From Octopus bimaculoides (lineage: Eukaryota): a stretch of DNA of 40,155 nt. The stretch lies in contig NC_068993.1 in NCBI RefSeq assembly GCF_001194135.2, positions 42,766,307 through 42,806,461 of the forward strand, written 5' to 3'. The notes below the pieces were generated by a model, which was not told the DNA's origin, ran no database searches, and saw only the letters and a list, made by a program, of their open reading frames with translations. Made by a program: the position numbers and the translations under genes. Shown piece by piece: positions 23,110 to 34,790 of this stretch. Position 1 is the first letter of the stretch. Every line of letters starts with the position of its first letter.

Positions 23110-23349
23110 TATATATTTAAAGTGAGAGAGAGAGACTTGGTGTAAACAAATTAAATTGTCACCTGTATTTCATTCTAAATGTATGCACACCATTAGAGAG
23201 TATGCTGCCATGGAATTCCACAATGCTATACTCTCTACCTGCATTTATATGTAGCGTTATACACAGATAGCGATATACGTATACACACACGCGCACATGC
23301 ACATAGACAGAGACACACATATGCATACACAAAGGTGTGTGTACTCGTT

Positions 23350-23540
23350 CATTTGTGTTTGCAATCGCACCATTTGGTAACCGGTTTATTTACGTCTCTG
23401 TAACATAGAGGTTCGGTAAAAAAAATTTAAAAAACCGACAGAATAAGTTCTTGATTTAATTTTGCCGACAAAAATATTTGAAAGTGATGCTCCAGCATGG
23501 TTGCAATTCAATGGCTGACACAAGTAAGAGGATCCAAGAG
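23350..23540 (+). mobile_element. SINE family C 3' half, diverged
   Basis: TGTAACATAGAGGTTCGGTAAAA..CCGACAGAATAAG..GATGCTCCAGCATGGTTGCA..ACAAGTAAGAG. Confidence 0.75.
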
Positions 23541-24118
23541 TTAACAAAAAATAACATATCACTTATTTGCGATGAAGTTTCAGGCTTCTGAATCACGTAA
23601 GGAGACGAGTTTGTCAAACTGTTTTTCTCAGCTCTAACGTATCAGGTAAAAATCCAATTAAGGTAACTTTTAATCGGCAGGTGATATCTAGAATAAATTC
23701 AGAATTCATTATTAATTCTTTATATCAAGCAAATATTTCTTTTACACTGTGTATTTATTTTATTTTCTCGTATTTTGTCGTTATGTTTTGTTCTGTTTTT
23801 GTTTTCATTTTTTTTTTCTTTTTGTGTGTGTGTAGCTGATGATATATGGAAATGGATAGCTTTCCAATGGAAAAACATGAACACGAGATCACAGACAGCC
23901 AGTAAAATATAAATGCTTTTAATGTATGGAAATGAACGCAAGTTTTTTTATTTTTATTTTTATGTAGATAAAGCTCAATTCTAAGATGTGTGAACATTAA
24001 CAAATCCAACGTATTTGTATGAATTTTACATGCCGAGAGAAAAAACTATGTTATAGCATATATAAGTTCGTCTACATCTAAATGGATGCATGTATGTATA
24101 CCTGGAGGGTGTTACTGT

Positions 24119-24153
<35 letters not shown>

Positions 24154-24269
24154 TTTCAAATGGCATGTAGAGCGTTAAATATAATGTAACAAGACGAATA
24201 TGTAACGCGAAAATGTGGTGAATATGCTATGAAAAGATTTCGAATCTTGTCTGAGTTCTCTTTTATCCT

Positions 24270-24355
24270 TTTATTTGTTTTAATATTATCAGTTAATTGC
24301 ACTGCGGCCATGCTACTGCACCACCTTGAAGGGTTTCAGTTAAACAAATTTCACT
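24270..24355 (-). mobile_element. SINE family C 3' tail fragment
   Basis: CACTGCGGCCATGCT...GCACCACCTTGAAGGG. Confidence 0.6.
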
Positions 24356-24424
24356 TTACGTCGACGTAAACAAACCAGTACTGTTTGTCAAGGGATAGAA
24401 AAAACAAAGACAATGGTCACACAC

Positions 24425-24810
24425 ATGCACAAAAACAAATGGCTTCCCAACCACATTGCTCCGAGTTCAATCTCACTGCAGAGCACTTTGGGCAGGTGTC
24501 TTCTATCTTATCCCTGGCTCGACCAAAGTCTTGTGAGTGGAAATGGAAAGAAGCCCGTCATGTGTGAGTGTGTGTGCATGTGTGTGTGTGTTTGTATCTT
24601 TCTGCTTGCGTTTGCACCCGCAACCACTTGATAACTGGTATTGGTTTCTCTAGGTTCTCACAACATAGCGGATCAGCAAAAGAGCCGATAAAATAAGTGC
24701 CAGATTTAAAAGTAATAAGTACTGGAGTCGACTTGTTCTACTAAAAACACTTGAAAGCTGTGCCCAAGCATGGCCGCAGTCTAATGACGGTAACAAGTAA
24801 CAGTTGAAAG
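24425..24810 (+). mobile_element. SINE family C, near full-length, with internal (TG)n
   Basis: GCTTCCCAACCAC, GAGTTCAATCTC (B-box), CACTTTGGGCAGGTGTCTTCTA, GAAAGAAGCCCGTC, (TG)n, GCAAAAGAG.CCGAT, GCATGGCCGCAGTC. Confidence 0.85.
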
Positions 24811-24860
24811 GTATATAAATATGTGTGTGTGTGTGTGTAAGAATATGTGTGTGTGTAAGA

Positions 24861-24897
<37 letters not shown>

Positions 24898-24907
24898 NNN
24901 NNNNNNN

Positions 24908-24943
<36 letters not shown>

Positions 24944-24944
24944 A

Positions 24945-25267
24945 CGCGTGTATGTATGCATATATGTACGTATATGTGCAGATTTGTATGTTTTGTTTTA
25001 TGCTCATATATACTAGACATGCTCATATATACTTAAATGATAAACTTCAGGAAAATATTACAGATTTTTACAGTTCCAGTGATGGATCGGATCTGTAGTC
25101 TTCGAATCAGCTTTCTCATTTCTGGCTTTGAAAAGCCTAATTTCTCAAGATTGATATTTAGGCAGTGTGTTACATATCCGAGTGCCCACATAATTACAGG
25201 TATAACCCTGAACTTGTAATCTGGATAGAGTAACTGCAGATTTCTCAATAGTTCTGAGTAGGTAATC

Positions 25268-25270
<3 letters not shown>
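24945..25270 (-). mobile_element. 5'-truncated RLE-type LINE 3' end (R4/CRE/NeSL-like) between (GACA/TACA)n and (CA)n
   Basis: 25269-25033 reads uninterrupted KITYSELLRNLQLLYPDYKFRVIPVIMWALGYVTHCL...RRLQIRSITGTVKICNIFLKFII*, matching the RLE C-terminal K..Y..L / IP.I.GALG / LQ...I.GT.KI pattern. Confidence 0.8.
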
Positions 25271-25302
<32 letters not shown>

Positions 25303-25469
25303 GTATGTATGTATGTATGTATGTATGTATGTGTGTCTGTATGTAAGTATGTATTCATGTATGTGTGTGTGTATGTATGTATGCATGTATGCACGTATGT
25401 ATGCATACTTGCATGTATTGTGGATGTGTGAGCGTGCAGTTGGTTGGAATTTGAATTACTGATGCAATC

Positions 25470-25590
25470 CACCTGATGGGCTCTTACACATTATCCGTCT
25501 ACCCGTCGACCTGAGTCTATGATGAAGATATTTACCCAGATACAACGCAGTGACATCAAACTCCAGACCTCTTAACTACTCGGTCGTGTT
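25470..25590 (-). mobile_element. SINE family C 5' half, decayed
   Basis: TCCGTCTACCC..GAAGATATTTACCCAGATACAACGCAGTG resembles the reverse complement of the family C head. Confidence 0.55.
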
Positions 25591-26279
25591 TTTATGCAGT
25601 GTATGTGTATGGAGCGAAACAGAGGTGGGGTGAAAGAATGAAAGAAACTCAAACATTTTAAGTGAAGGAATTCAATTCATAAATATTATTCAATTCATAA
25701 ATTATTATGTTGTATGGCGGTGGATCTCCGTCGCTCAAACATGTACATGCAGTAGAGTAATCAGCAGAATTACCTGCACCTGAATTAACATGGTAATGGT
25801 TGAGAAGCTTATAGTCATGTCTGTAGAAAGCTCAGCCATTTGTGCGTTAATTCAGGATCAGATGTTTCGAGTAATTCATGCCAAGTCAGCATGACACAAT
25901 ATATAACAAGGCTGTAGCTTATGACATAACTGCAAATTTAACCTGATGGTCTTCTATAAAGTTTCCGCCTACCCAATATCATTTTGTCCCTCTAAATGGA
26001 GTCTACATATTTCATTTGAATCTTATATTCATTCTCAATCAAAGTCTGATGGATTTGATCAGATCTTATTGGATATAGCTTTATTTAAACCTTTGGTAGC
26101 TGCAGCTTTAAATGCTTTGAAGAAGAGCATGAATTCCAAATTGAATTGTTTCTACGCCACAGCTGAAACATGATTTGACCTGCCGGTTGGAAACAAGACT
26201 TCACCTACTGCGTTGTTTACTTAAAACATCAAATCGACCAGGCCAAATTTTTCATAAAATAATACCCTTATCTCTAAAT

Positions 26280-26365
26280 ATGAATGACATGAAGCTGGAA
26301 AAAATTACATTTGCCCAAGACGCCAGCCAGTCGAATCGAACCTTGGACCTCGTTATTGTGAAGTC
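26280..26365 (-). mobile_element. tRNA-derived SINE head fragment
   Basis: Minus strand has B-box GGTTCGATTC followed by CORE-like GTCTTGGGCAAAT. Confidence 0.5.
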
Positions 26366-26400
26366 AATTTTAATGATGGCTTCAAATTTTGGTATACGAC

Positions 26401-26581
26401 CACCAATTTTAGGGGAGGAATTAAGTCGATTACATTCACCTCAGTGCTCAACCGGTACTTATTTTATCGACCCTGAAAGGATAAAAGGCAAAGTCGATCC
26501 CGGTAGAATTTGAACTCAGAACGCATGAAATGTCGCTATATTTTGCCCGGCATGTTAACGATTCTGCCAGCTCGCCACCTT
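26401..26581 (-). mobile_element. tRNA-derived SINE family A
   Basis: AGGTGGCGAGCTGGCAGAATCGTTAAC head; B-box GAGTTCAAATTC. Confidence 0.9.
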
Positions 26582-27749
26582 CAAGCGAATTTCAATAATA
26601 CTACGCCAAATATCTTGAGGTAAATGCATTCTAATTTGTTATTTGAATTTTATGCCTAATTTCCACACTGCACATACACTATTGCATAATTATGTAAATG
26701 ATTCTGATTTCCAGCCTCAGGTGTAATTGTAATATAATCTTTTCTTTTACGTGTTATAATTTCACCGGAGGATGACAGCAGTTTTCTCATCTGTGATTCT
26801 TCTGTAAAATTCCTTATATAATATCCTAACCTCTGCTACTATTCATAAATATTTCTGTAGTATTATATTAAAAAACGTTTTACCTTCTAAATTCAGTTGT
26901 TCCACTTATTCCAATTAAGTGATTGCATTGAATATATGCGTGATTATTTGCTGAGAAATGAATAAAAGGAATAACGTAAATGCAACAATGGCTGCCATTG
27001 AATAATAGCTTTAGAAGAGCAGGGTATACCAAAGACTCTGGTCGCCTCAAAACTGTAATAATGGGGAAAACATGCCAACAGCTATGAAAGAATAACATCG
27101 GTTTCATATAAAGCGAATAAAAACAACTGAGATTGAAGATGTAGAAGATGCATAATTAAGGTTTTGTTCTAACGTCAAAAGTTAACACGTAGAAATTGTT
27201 CATCATGTGACTTGTTCATTCAGGACAATAATAGCAAAATAATTAATTCTTCGTCTGTAATGAAACAAACCAAAGCAAGATAACTTCATTAAACCTTTTG
27301 GCCATTAAACACTGCAGATGCAACACTTAATTAGTTCACTGCATTGAAAAACATAAATCATGTCTTCTGTTTATTTTATTTTTATTTTATTTTTTATCAC
27401 AATATTTTTTTTATATAATTCTGCACGTGTGACAAACTTGGTTAGAAGTTTTTGATTTTATACAAGAGAGAATAATTCGTACACGATACAATTAATCATT
27501 AACCAACATCAACAATATATCATCTGTCTTTAATCATACGGATAGAGCTCATAGGAATATATCTATATATCAATGTGATCATTTAAAATAAAATATATAT
27601 ATTTATATACGCATTCGTAAGTGAATATAAAAGAGTTTAGGTGTTTATAAATGGTTAGCATGGCTTTAAGATAAAAATGAAACAAATGTACTGACGTTTT
27701 TAGGTTCGAATTCTGGATGCAATCTGCAGCAATTCCAAACTAAAATTAT

Positions 27750-27962
27750 TCTTTTCCACTCTAGGCTCAAGGCGCGGAATGTTTGTGGAGGGGGGCCAGT
27801 CGATTAGATCGACCCCAGTGTTCAACTGGTACTTATTTTATCGACTCCTAAAGGATGATGTCAAAGTCGACCCCGGCGGAATTTGAACTCAGAACGTAAA
27901 GACACGAAATACCGCGAAGCATTTCGCCCGCCGTGCTAACGTTTCTGCCAGTTTGCCTCCTT
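27750..27962 (-). mobile_element. tRNA-derived SINE family A, full-length
   Basis: B-box GAGTTCAAATTCCGCC; shared body ACTGGTACTTATTTTATCGAC. Confidence 0.9.
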
Positions 27963-28324
27963 CCAAGGCAGAATTATTAGTAACGTTATACTATTCCTGA
28001 CGTTTTGTTGGAGTTATCGGCAAATTCTCCAATATTTTATTCTAAATAGTAATGCATGCGTTGTATGCACACACACACAGGAGTTTTAGGCGGGCAATTT
28101 AAACTGGTCGTTTAAATTACCACTACAGTTATTGAACCATGCCTCCATCGCACCATGAAAAGACTTCATTCTCGATAGAAAAATGACCCGGACATACATA
28201 CATATACACACACATACACACGCATACACATACATACATACATACATACATACATACATACATACATACATACATAGCATGGGGGCCCTGATCAGCCCAA
28301 TTTACTTGATTACTTGCGAAAGAT

Positions 28325-29095
28325 AAGTGTGGTCGCTGATTATCTTGCTAAATATGGCCCGTTCTCTTCTTCCTAATGGTTTGTCTAAGCTTTCTGAATT
28401 TCTCAGTACACTACCCGCTGTTCAAAGTACATCCGCATTCCAGATAATCAAAACGAGTAGACCTCTTGTAATGCCGCCAAATAGTCTCCATCACTTTCTG
28501 TGCTAGTTGCTTGCACTTGAGCTTCTCAGGCCTTGGAGAAAAAGGTGTCACACCATTCCATAGACTGGACCTTCTTTTCCAGATCATAAATAAACACCTA
28601 CATTTCATCTCTTCTCACACGAGCGGAAAAAAATATGTCTTCATTGGTTTCAAAGGCATACAACATATCTGAGCAGACGTATATCGTTTCTCTAGTTCAA
28701 ATCAGGTGTCAACAACTAAGGTAGCAACTCTTTACACGCTGTCCAATAACCATAGTCTGCCACTGTTTTTGGTAATGCATATTGACCTCAGTCCAGTTGT
28801 ACAATAAAGTGATTCATGTAGACACACGAAGTGGATTTAGTTTGTCTACACGAATCCCTTTGTTCACTCACTGGCGATTCGCATCAGTCATTGTTATTTA
28901 CGTTCTCTTGCTGCATGGCTTGTGTTTAATACTGGTTTTCTATCCTTTAAACTTCTACCTCCATCCATACACATTACTCTCAACGGTGTCATCTCCGTAG
29001 AAAAAGTGTAGCTTCCTGAAGGTGTCGGGCAGCCTGCAACGTTCCTCCACCGTGAACTCAGTGACCACGTGTTGTTTCTGCTTGGAACCAGTCAT
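28325..29095 (-). pseudogene. mariner transposase pseudogene lacking its C-terminal part
   Basis: Minus strand with stops and frameshifts: MTGSKQKQHVVTEF..FYGDDTV..W..KFKG..SI (HTH), LLTPDL (linker), RDEM*VFIYDLEKKVQSMEW (GDETW..YDPE.K.QS.EW), SPRPEKLK..KVM.TI...DYLE.G.TLNS, KLRQTIRKKR.G and QDNQRPH (HDNARPH). No TIR pair recognised. Confidence 0.88.
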
Positions 29096-29240
29096 TAGCC
29101 AACAACGAAGAACCGTAAGAAGATTTACTGTAGAGAAAGAGTCACTCTACTAATAAGTGCTGTTTTAACGACTTTTGTCAGTTGTTAAAAAAGTTACGCT
29201 CATTTTTGCATTTCTTTCAGTTCAACATGCATGTAAATAT

Positions 29241-29565
29241 GTGAAGGCGTGTGGCTTAGTGGTTAGGGCATTCGGCTCACGATGGTAAGTTCGTGAGTTC
29301 AATTCCCGGTGACGCGTTGTATCCTTGAGCAAGACACATTATTTAATGTTGCTTCAGTCCACTCAGCTGGCAAAAATCAGTAGTAGCTGTATTTCAAAGG
29401 GCCAGCCCTGTCACACACGGTGTCACGCTGAATCCCCCTGAGAACTACTTTTAGGGTGCACGTGTCTGTGGAGTGCTCAGCCACTTGCACGTTAATTTCG
29501 CGAGCAAGCTGTTCCGTTGATCGTATCAGCTGGGAACCTCGTCGTCGTAACCGACGGAGTGCGCC
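29241..29565 (+). mobile_element. tRNA-derived SINE family B1, full-length
   Basis: A-box TGGCTTAGTGG 29252-29262, B-box GAGTTCAATTCC 29295-29306, CORE-like TGTATCCTTGAGCAAGACAC 29318-29337, central TTGCTTCAGTCCACTCAGCTG. Confidence 0.9.
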
Positions 29566-30799
29566 TTTTGGTACTCCATGCAAATATACATGTATATCCA
29601 TACATGCAAATATTGTTATAAGCATCACATTCACAAGCATTCGAAAATTTATCATCGCTGGATATATTTTTAGAGATGTTAATATGTATTCATTGAAATA
29701 TTTATAAGAATTGTTTTTGTAAAGCATATATTAAGATCCATTTTTAAAAGGAAAACAATGCATTGAAAGATGTCGCGAAAGATAAACTACGAGTCAGGTT
29801 AAAAAAATATTAAGGCAGGCTGGTCAAAGATAAAACACCTTTGATTATACGTATGCTTGATCATGATTGACCTTCATCTAAAAAATATAACTAAAACCAA
29901 ATATGTTACTTAATTAGAAAATAATTATTTATATTATCATCTATAATCTTCAAGGTCGTTAAGGTGAGATTTTAACAATGTTTAACCATCTACATTATAA
30001 ACAGAATCTGCAGCAGTAAATATATTATCTCATAATAAATTTACATACATTTTTATTTATTTCTTCTCTTATTTTTATAATGAGTTATAATTAAGATTTC
30101 ATTGTGTGTTTATTTATACATTTTTGAAAATAATAACTGGTTGTCGAATGAATGATTCCATAGTTCTAGCATTCTGTAATGTTTCTTCGTTAATTAAAGA
30201 GTCTATTATTACATTTTGTATCATTGTACAATCATATAACATGAAATCCTTTAATAAAGAAAGACTTTACTAATGACTGTGACCTCGTCAAAATTATTGT
30301 AAGCGCTAATTTAAGAAATTTGCACTGTTTAAAAATCAATGCAATCTTTGAGAAGATTTAACAAACTGTTCGATTGCAATGAAACATAATAAAATAAAAT
30401 AAAATAAAATAAAGTCATTGTATTTCCAAGAATAAATGTATTCAGTATGCGGTTTGTGTGTATGTACATGTGTTTCAGAGAGAATGCCTATCCATACACA
30501 TACAAATACACACGCATGTTTTTTTGCATCTTCTATATCATACACACATGCACACAAACACGCACATACGTATATATGTATTACTTCGAANNNNNNNNNN
30601 GGGGGGGGGGGGGTTGAACATGTGTATATGTATGCATGTATGCATGAATATTCCTTCAAACGCTCGGGAAGCTCCCAAAATGAAGTCGATAGATTTGGCT
30701 AGCAATGTGGAGGAATAAAAAGTGGAGATCGGTGTTCTGGTAACGTAGTAACCGAGGCAGGAACTGAAATGAGAATAATCAGATAATACCTCTGTTAAC

Positions 30800-31190
30800 A
30801 TCGACGGATTTCTCTTCCAGAGTGAAGAACATATTCTATAATACTGGTGTTCAAAAAGCCCTACTGTATGATAAGTTGAGAAGTTTAGAAAGACGAGATG
30901 AAATGTAATGCTACTGAGCAGAAAGTGTAATGGTGTGCATACATTACAGGTACATATGAATTGGAAATGAAGGGTGATATAAGAGGAACCGACGCATTTT
31001 AAAATGGAAAAGCCTACACAGGTACAAACAGACGGTTCTTAATGACATGGTGATCGCTCCAACAGAAAGGAGGATATGGAAGAGGAAGACCAACGAAGAG
31101 ATGGAGGAAAACTAGTTAAAAATTGCCTCACATTTCCATGAAAAATATTATATAGGGCCGAGTGGAGTAGCGAAACACTGTGCAGTAGAT
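30800..31190 (+). mobile_element. Decayed RTE-like LINE ORF C-terminus
   Basis: Fragments VKNIFYNTGVQKALLYD (K..Y...V...LLYG), EM*, GRGRPTKRWR (RGRP.KRW) and RAEWS (DR..WR) occur in RTE order. Confidence 0.65.
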
Positions 31191-31627
31191 GTGCCTAAGT
31201 ATGCAATAATGGGAAAATGGGTGTAAATAAGACGGTGGCTATGAAAATTGGGATATGTAATATCTTCCATATTTGTGGCTCTCTCGCCCATTCTCTTCAT
31301 ATAAAGTACAGATTTCCCGCTCTTACTTTCTCTTCATTACCCTCTCATGAATCACTCATCTTCTCTCATATCATTTGCTATGTCTACCTATCATATGACA
31401 TTATACAGAAGGCATGCAACCGTTTTCTTCTAATTTGCTATAGTTTTCTGAAAAAAACCCCCCCAAAAAAAACCAGAAAAGCACGTTTAACATAGCAAGT
31501 TTACTCTTCAGGTTTATTTATTTATTCTTTTTTTTTGTGGAGAGGGAAGATATCGAAATAATCTCCTCCCGGAAATTGTTCACAGTTCATATATGTGTTT
31601 AAGTATGCGTCTGTCATTCATTCAGGT

Positions 31628-31663
<36 letters not shown>

Positions 31664-32335
31664 NNNNNNNNNNNNNNNNNNNNNNNNNNNNNNNNNNNNN
31701 NNNNNNNNNNNNNNNNNNNNNNNNNNNNNNNNNNNNNNNNNNNNNNNNNNNNNNNNNNNNNNNNNNNNNNNNNNNNNNNNNNNNNNNNNNNNNNNNNNNN
31801 NNNNNNNNNNNNNNNNNNNNNNNNNNNNNNNNNNNNNNNNNNNNNNNNNNNNNNNNNNNNNNNNNNNNNNNNNNNNNNNNNNNNNNNNNNNNNNNNNNNN
31901 NNNNNNNNNNNNNNNNNNNNNNNNNNNNNNNNNNNNNNNNNNNNNNNNNNNNNNNNNNNNNNNNNNNNNNNNNNNNNNNNNNNNNNNNNNNNNNNNNNNN
32001 NNNNNNNNNNNNNNNNNNNNNNNNNNNNNNNNNNNNNNNNNNNNNNNNNNNNNNNNNNNNNNNNNNNNNNNNNNNNNNNNNNNNNNNNNNNNNNNNNNNN
32101 NNNNNNNNNNNNNNNNNNNNNNNNNNNNNNNNNNNNNNNNNNNNNNNNNNNNNNNNNNNNNNNNNNNNNNNNNNNNNNNNNNNNNNNNNNNNNNNNNNNN
32201 NNNNNNNNNNNNNNNNNNNNNNNNNNNNNNNNNNNNNNNNNNNNNNNNNNNNNNNNNNNNNNNNNNNNNNNNNNNNNNNNNNNNNNNNNNNNNNNNNNNN
32301 NNNNNNNNNNNNNNNNNNNNNNNNNNNNNNNNNNN

Positions 32336-32374
<39 letters not shown>

Positions 32375-32761
32375 TAATGTAGAAAGGGTTAAAATTGAAG
32401 CTGTGTCTTCTTGAAGCACATCTGCTTAACCTAGCATACCGAATCTGTATTTAGTGTTATATATGTGTGAGGTATGCATAAAACTTGAAAATACTGAAAA
32501 ACATTTTTGCAGAGTTATTTTATATCAAAACAGGAAAATCTTTGTATTATTATTCATCATTACATATACTTCACTTACTAATAGGTGTTATAAAGTATTG
32601 TACATGGTATAATTTGATTCTCTGTCTGAAGAATTCCTAATAGATGATATCTTACATGATTTTTTTACTGCATGTACAATTGTGTAACTCTTATTAGCTA
32701 ATTTAAAAGTGTGCAATGGTGAATGAATAACCCATAAAATGTTTTCCAGTCTCCTGCATTG

Positions 32762-33017
32762 GTAGATAGATAGATAGATAGATAGATAGATACATTTCTT
32801 TTATTAGCCACACAGGGCTCAACGAAGATGGGACAAATACAATGTAGAGCTTTTCTTTTTGGGAGAGGGAAGGAAAAAAGAGGGGGGGAGTCGATCAAAA
32901 GGGATCGTAGGAAGGAAAAAGGGGGGAGTTCGATCAAAAGGGATCGAAAAAAGGGCGATCAATAGGGATCGTGTATCTCACAGTAATGTTCTCGTGTAAA
33001 AAGAAGGGAGGACAGTT

Positions 33018-33082
<65 letters not shown>
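32762..33082 (-). mobile_element. Unclassified ~225-bp element between two (GATA)n tracts; probable retroelement 3' end
   Basis: Minus strand ends ...GGCTAATAAAAGAAATG-(TATC)n; it contains three CGATC-AA(A/T)AGG-GATCG units. Confidence 0.45.
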
Positions 33083-33083
<1 letters not shown>

Positions 33084-34619
33084 CATGTAGGCATGTATGT
33101 ATGTAAGCATGTATGTATGCATGTACGTACGTATGTATGTATGCATGTAGTAAATGTATCAATAATTTTTCTATTTTTAAGATATAAATTTTCAAAACTA
33201 CATTCAGAAACCAAATAGCATTGTAATATATTTGTACTCTAACGCGCGATTACTTGTTAAATGTTCAAGTCTTTCAAACAGTACAACAGGCTAGAAATAA
33301 TACCGAGACCGCTAATGCACCATGCTAATGACGTCAAGAATTAAGAGTACATATATAACTTCTTCATTATATATATAGTAGACTTGCTAAAATATGCGGT
33401 GATTAATTAATAATTAATCATTTTCTACCGTTGTTATTGTTGTTGTTTTCTTTCTTTCCCCGGAAACACTTACCAGACAAGACTTGCTAGCAGACAGACT
33501 GGTAGGCATTTTTAAAAATAATACAGTTTACTTTTCTCTTTTCCTGAGAAGTTATTTGACTGGTCTTGTCGGTTGTAAAGCAATCTGAAAATGTCGGGTG
33601 AACAGGTTCACTGATCGAGGAGGCATCACAATAGCTATCGTTTCATTAGTGACTGTAGGAGTAGTTTATTTCACTAATAACAGACAGACATTCATTGTAA
33701 ATCGCACTTTGAATAGTAAAAAGGATCAGACAAAAACTGTTTTCTATTTTACTGTTATGACTTTGTGCTGGTGCAGGTCATCGGGGTTTAATACTATCTT
33801 TTATCTGAGATGTAAATGATTGTAATGGCATTTTAAATGTAGTCAGCTATAGAAATAACAGATCATCAATTATAAGGATGGGTAGAGAGGTCGGTCGTAT
33901 GACACAGAACAATGAACTAATTCCCTCAACTTTTTTTTTCTTTTTTTCTTCAGCAAGGATGACATTTGAATAACATTTGAACGCAAAGTGTTGGCGAGCC
34001 TCTGATCTCTGAAAATAGCAAAATAAAACTTTTCTGGACAGTAGCCGGATTTCACAAATTTAAATATCACACCGGACACTTTTTGCCCGTAACCTTTTTC
34101 GTGTAAGTATCAAAGTATATTTCAAAGTGAAATTATCGCTTAAATAAATATTTGTTTATATATAAATATAAAATAACTTTATTGCATTGTATGGCATATT
34201 ATAAAATTTTTCTCAGATAGATATGAAGTCGCTTTTCTTGAACATCGTATTCGTATCTTTTATGATTTTCACATTAATTACCCGTAGGTGAACATTAGAT
34301 TTATATAACTGTTACTACTCTGTAAACACATTGAAATTACTGGAAGCTAGGTAAAACTATATAATTCTTCAGAGAAATGCTAATGGTCCGACATTGGCTA
34401 GTACAAATTTGGATTGAGGGGGTTTATACGAGTTTGGTTATTTGAATACTCTAGAGTAATCTTAGATTTCTGAACGCTGTATCTTTCTCTGATTCCTGTG
34501 GCAAATTCAGAAAGAAGATAGCATCAAACTGCTTAGTTGTATTGGAAATGCCATGTCAATATAATACAACAAAATTTATGTATTTCTTTTTCCTATAAAA
34601 CTTTTCAGTTAACAGAACA

Positions 34620-34790
34620 CTAAATTAAATGATGAGTTTGTTAATAGTCGGATTTTTTCGAGCAATCTGTCCAGCAACTGGTGGTAAATATCTTCCGTTG
34701 GAGGAAGCAATTCAGCCAGCCGAATGCAGACGATTGTGTTCCTTTCCCTTGGGTCACCTCCTTCAAAGCAAAATACACATCTTACTTGGT
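34620..34790 (-). mobile_element. Possible decayed mariner catalytic-domain fragment
   Basis: ORF segment ELLPPTEDIYHQLLDRLLEKIR resembles mariner YELLP..TI...Y.QQLDRL..AI with deletions. Confidence 0.35.

Noticed and set aside
29241-29310. tRNA gene
   Set aside because: A and B boxes are present but there is no cloverleaf acceptor stem, and the sequence continues into a SINE body.
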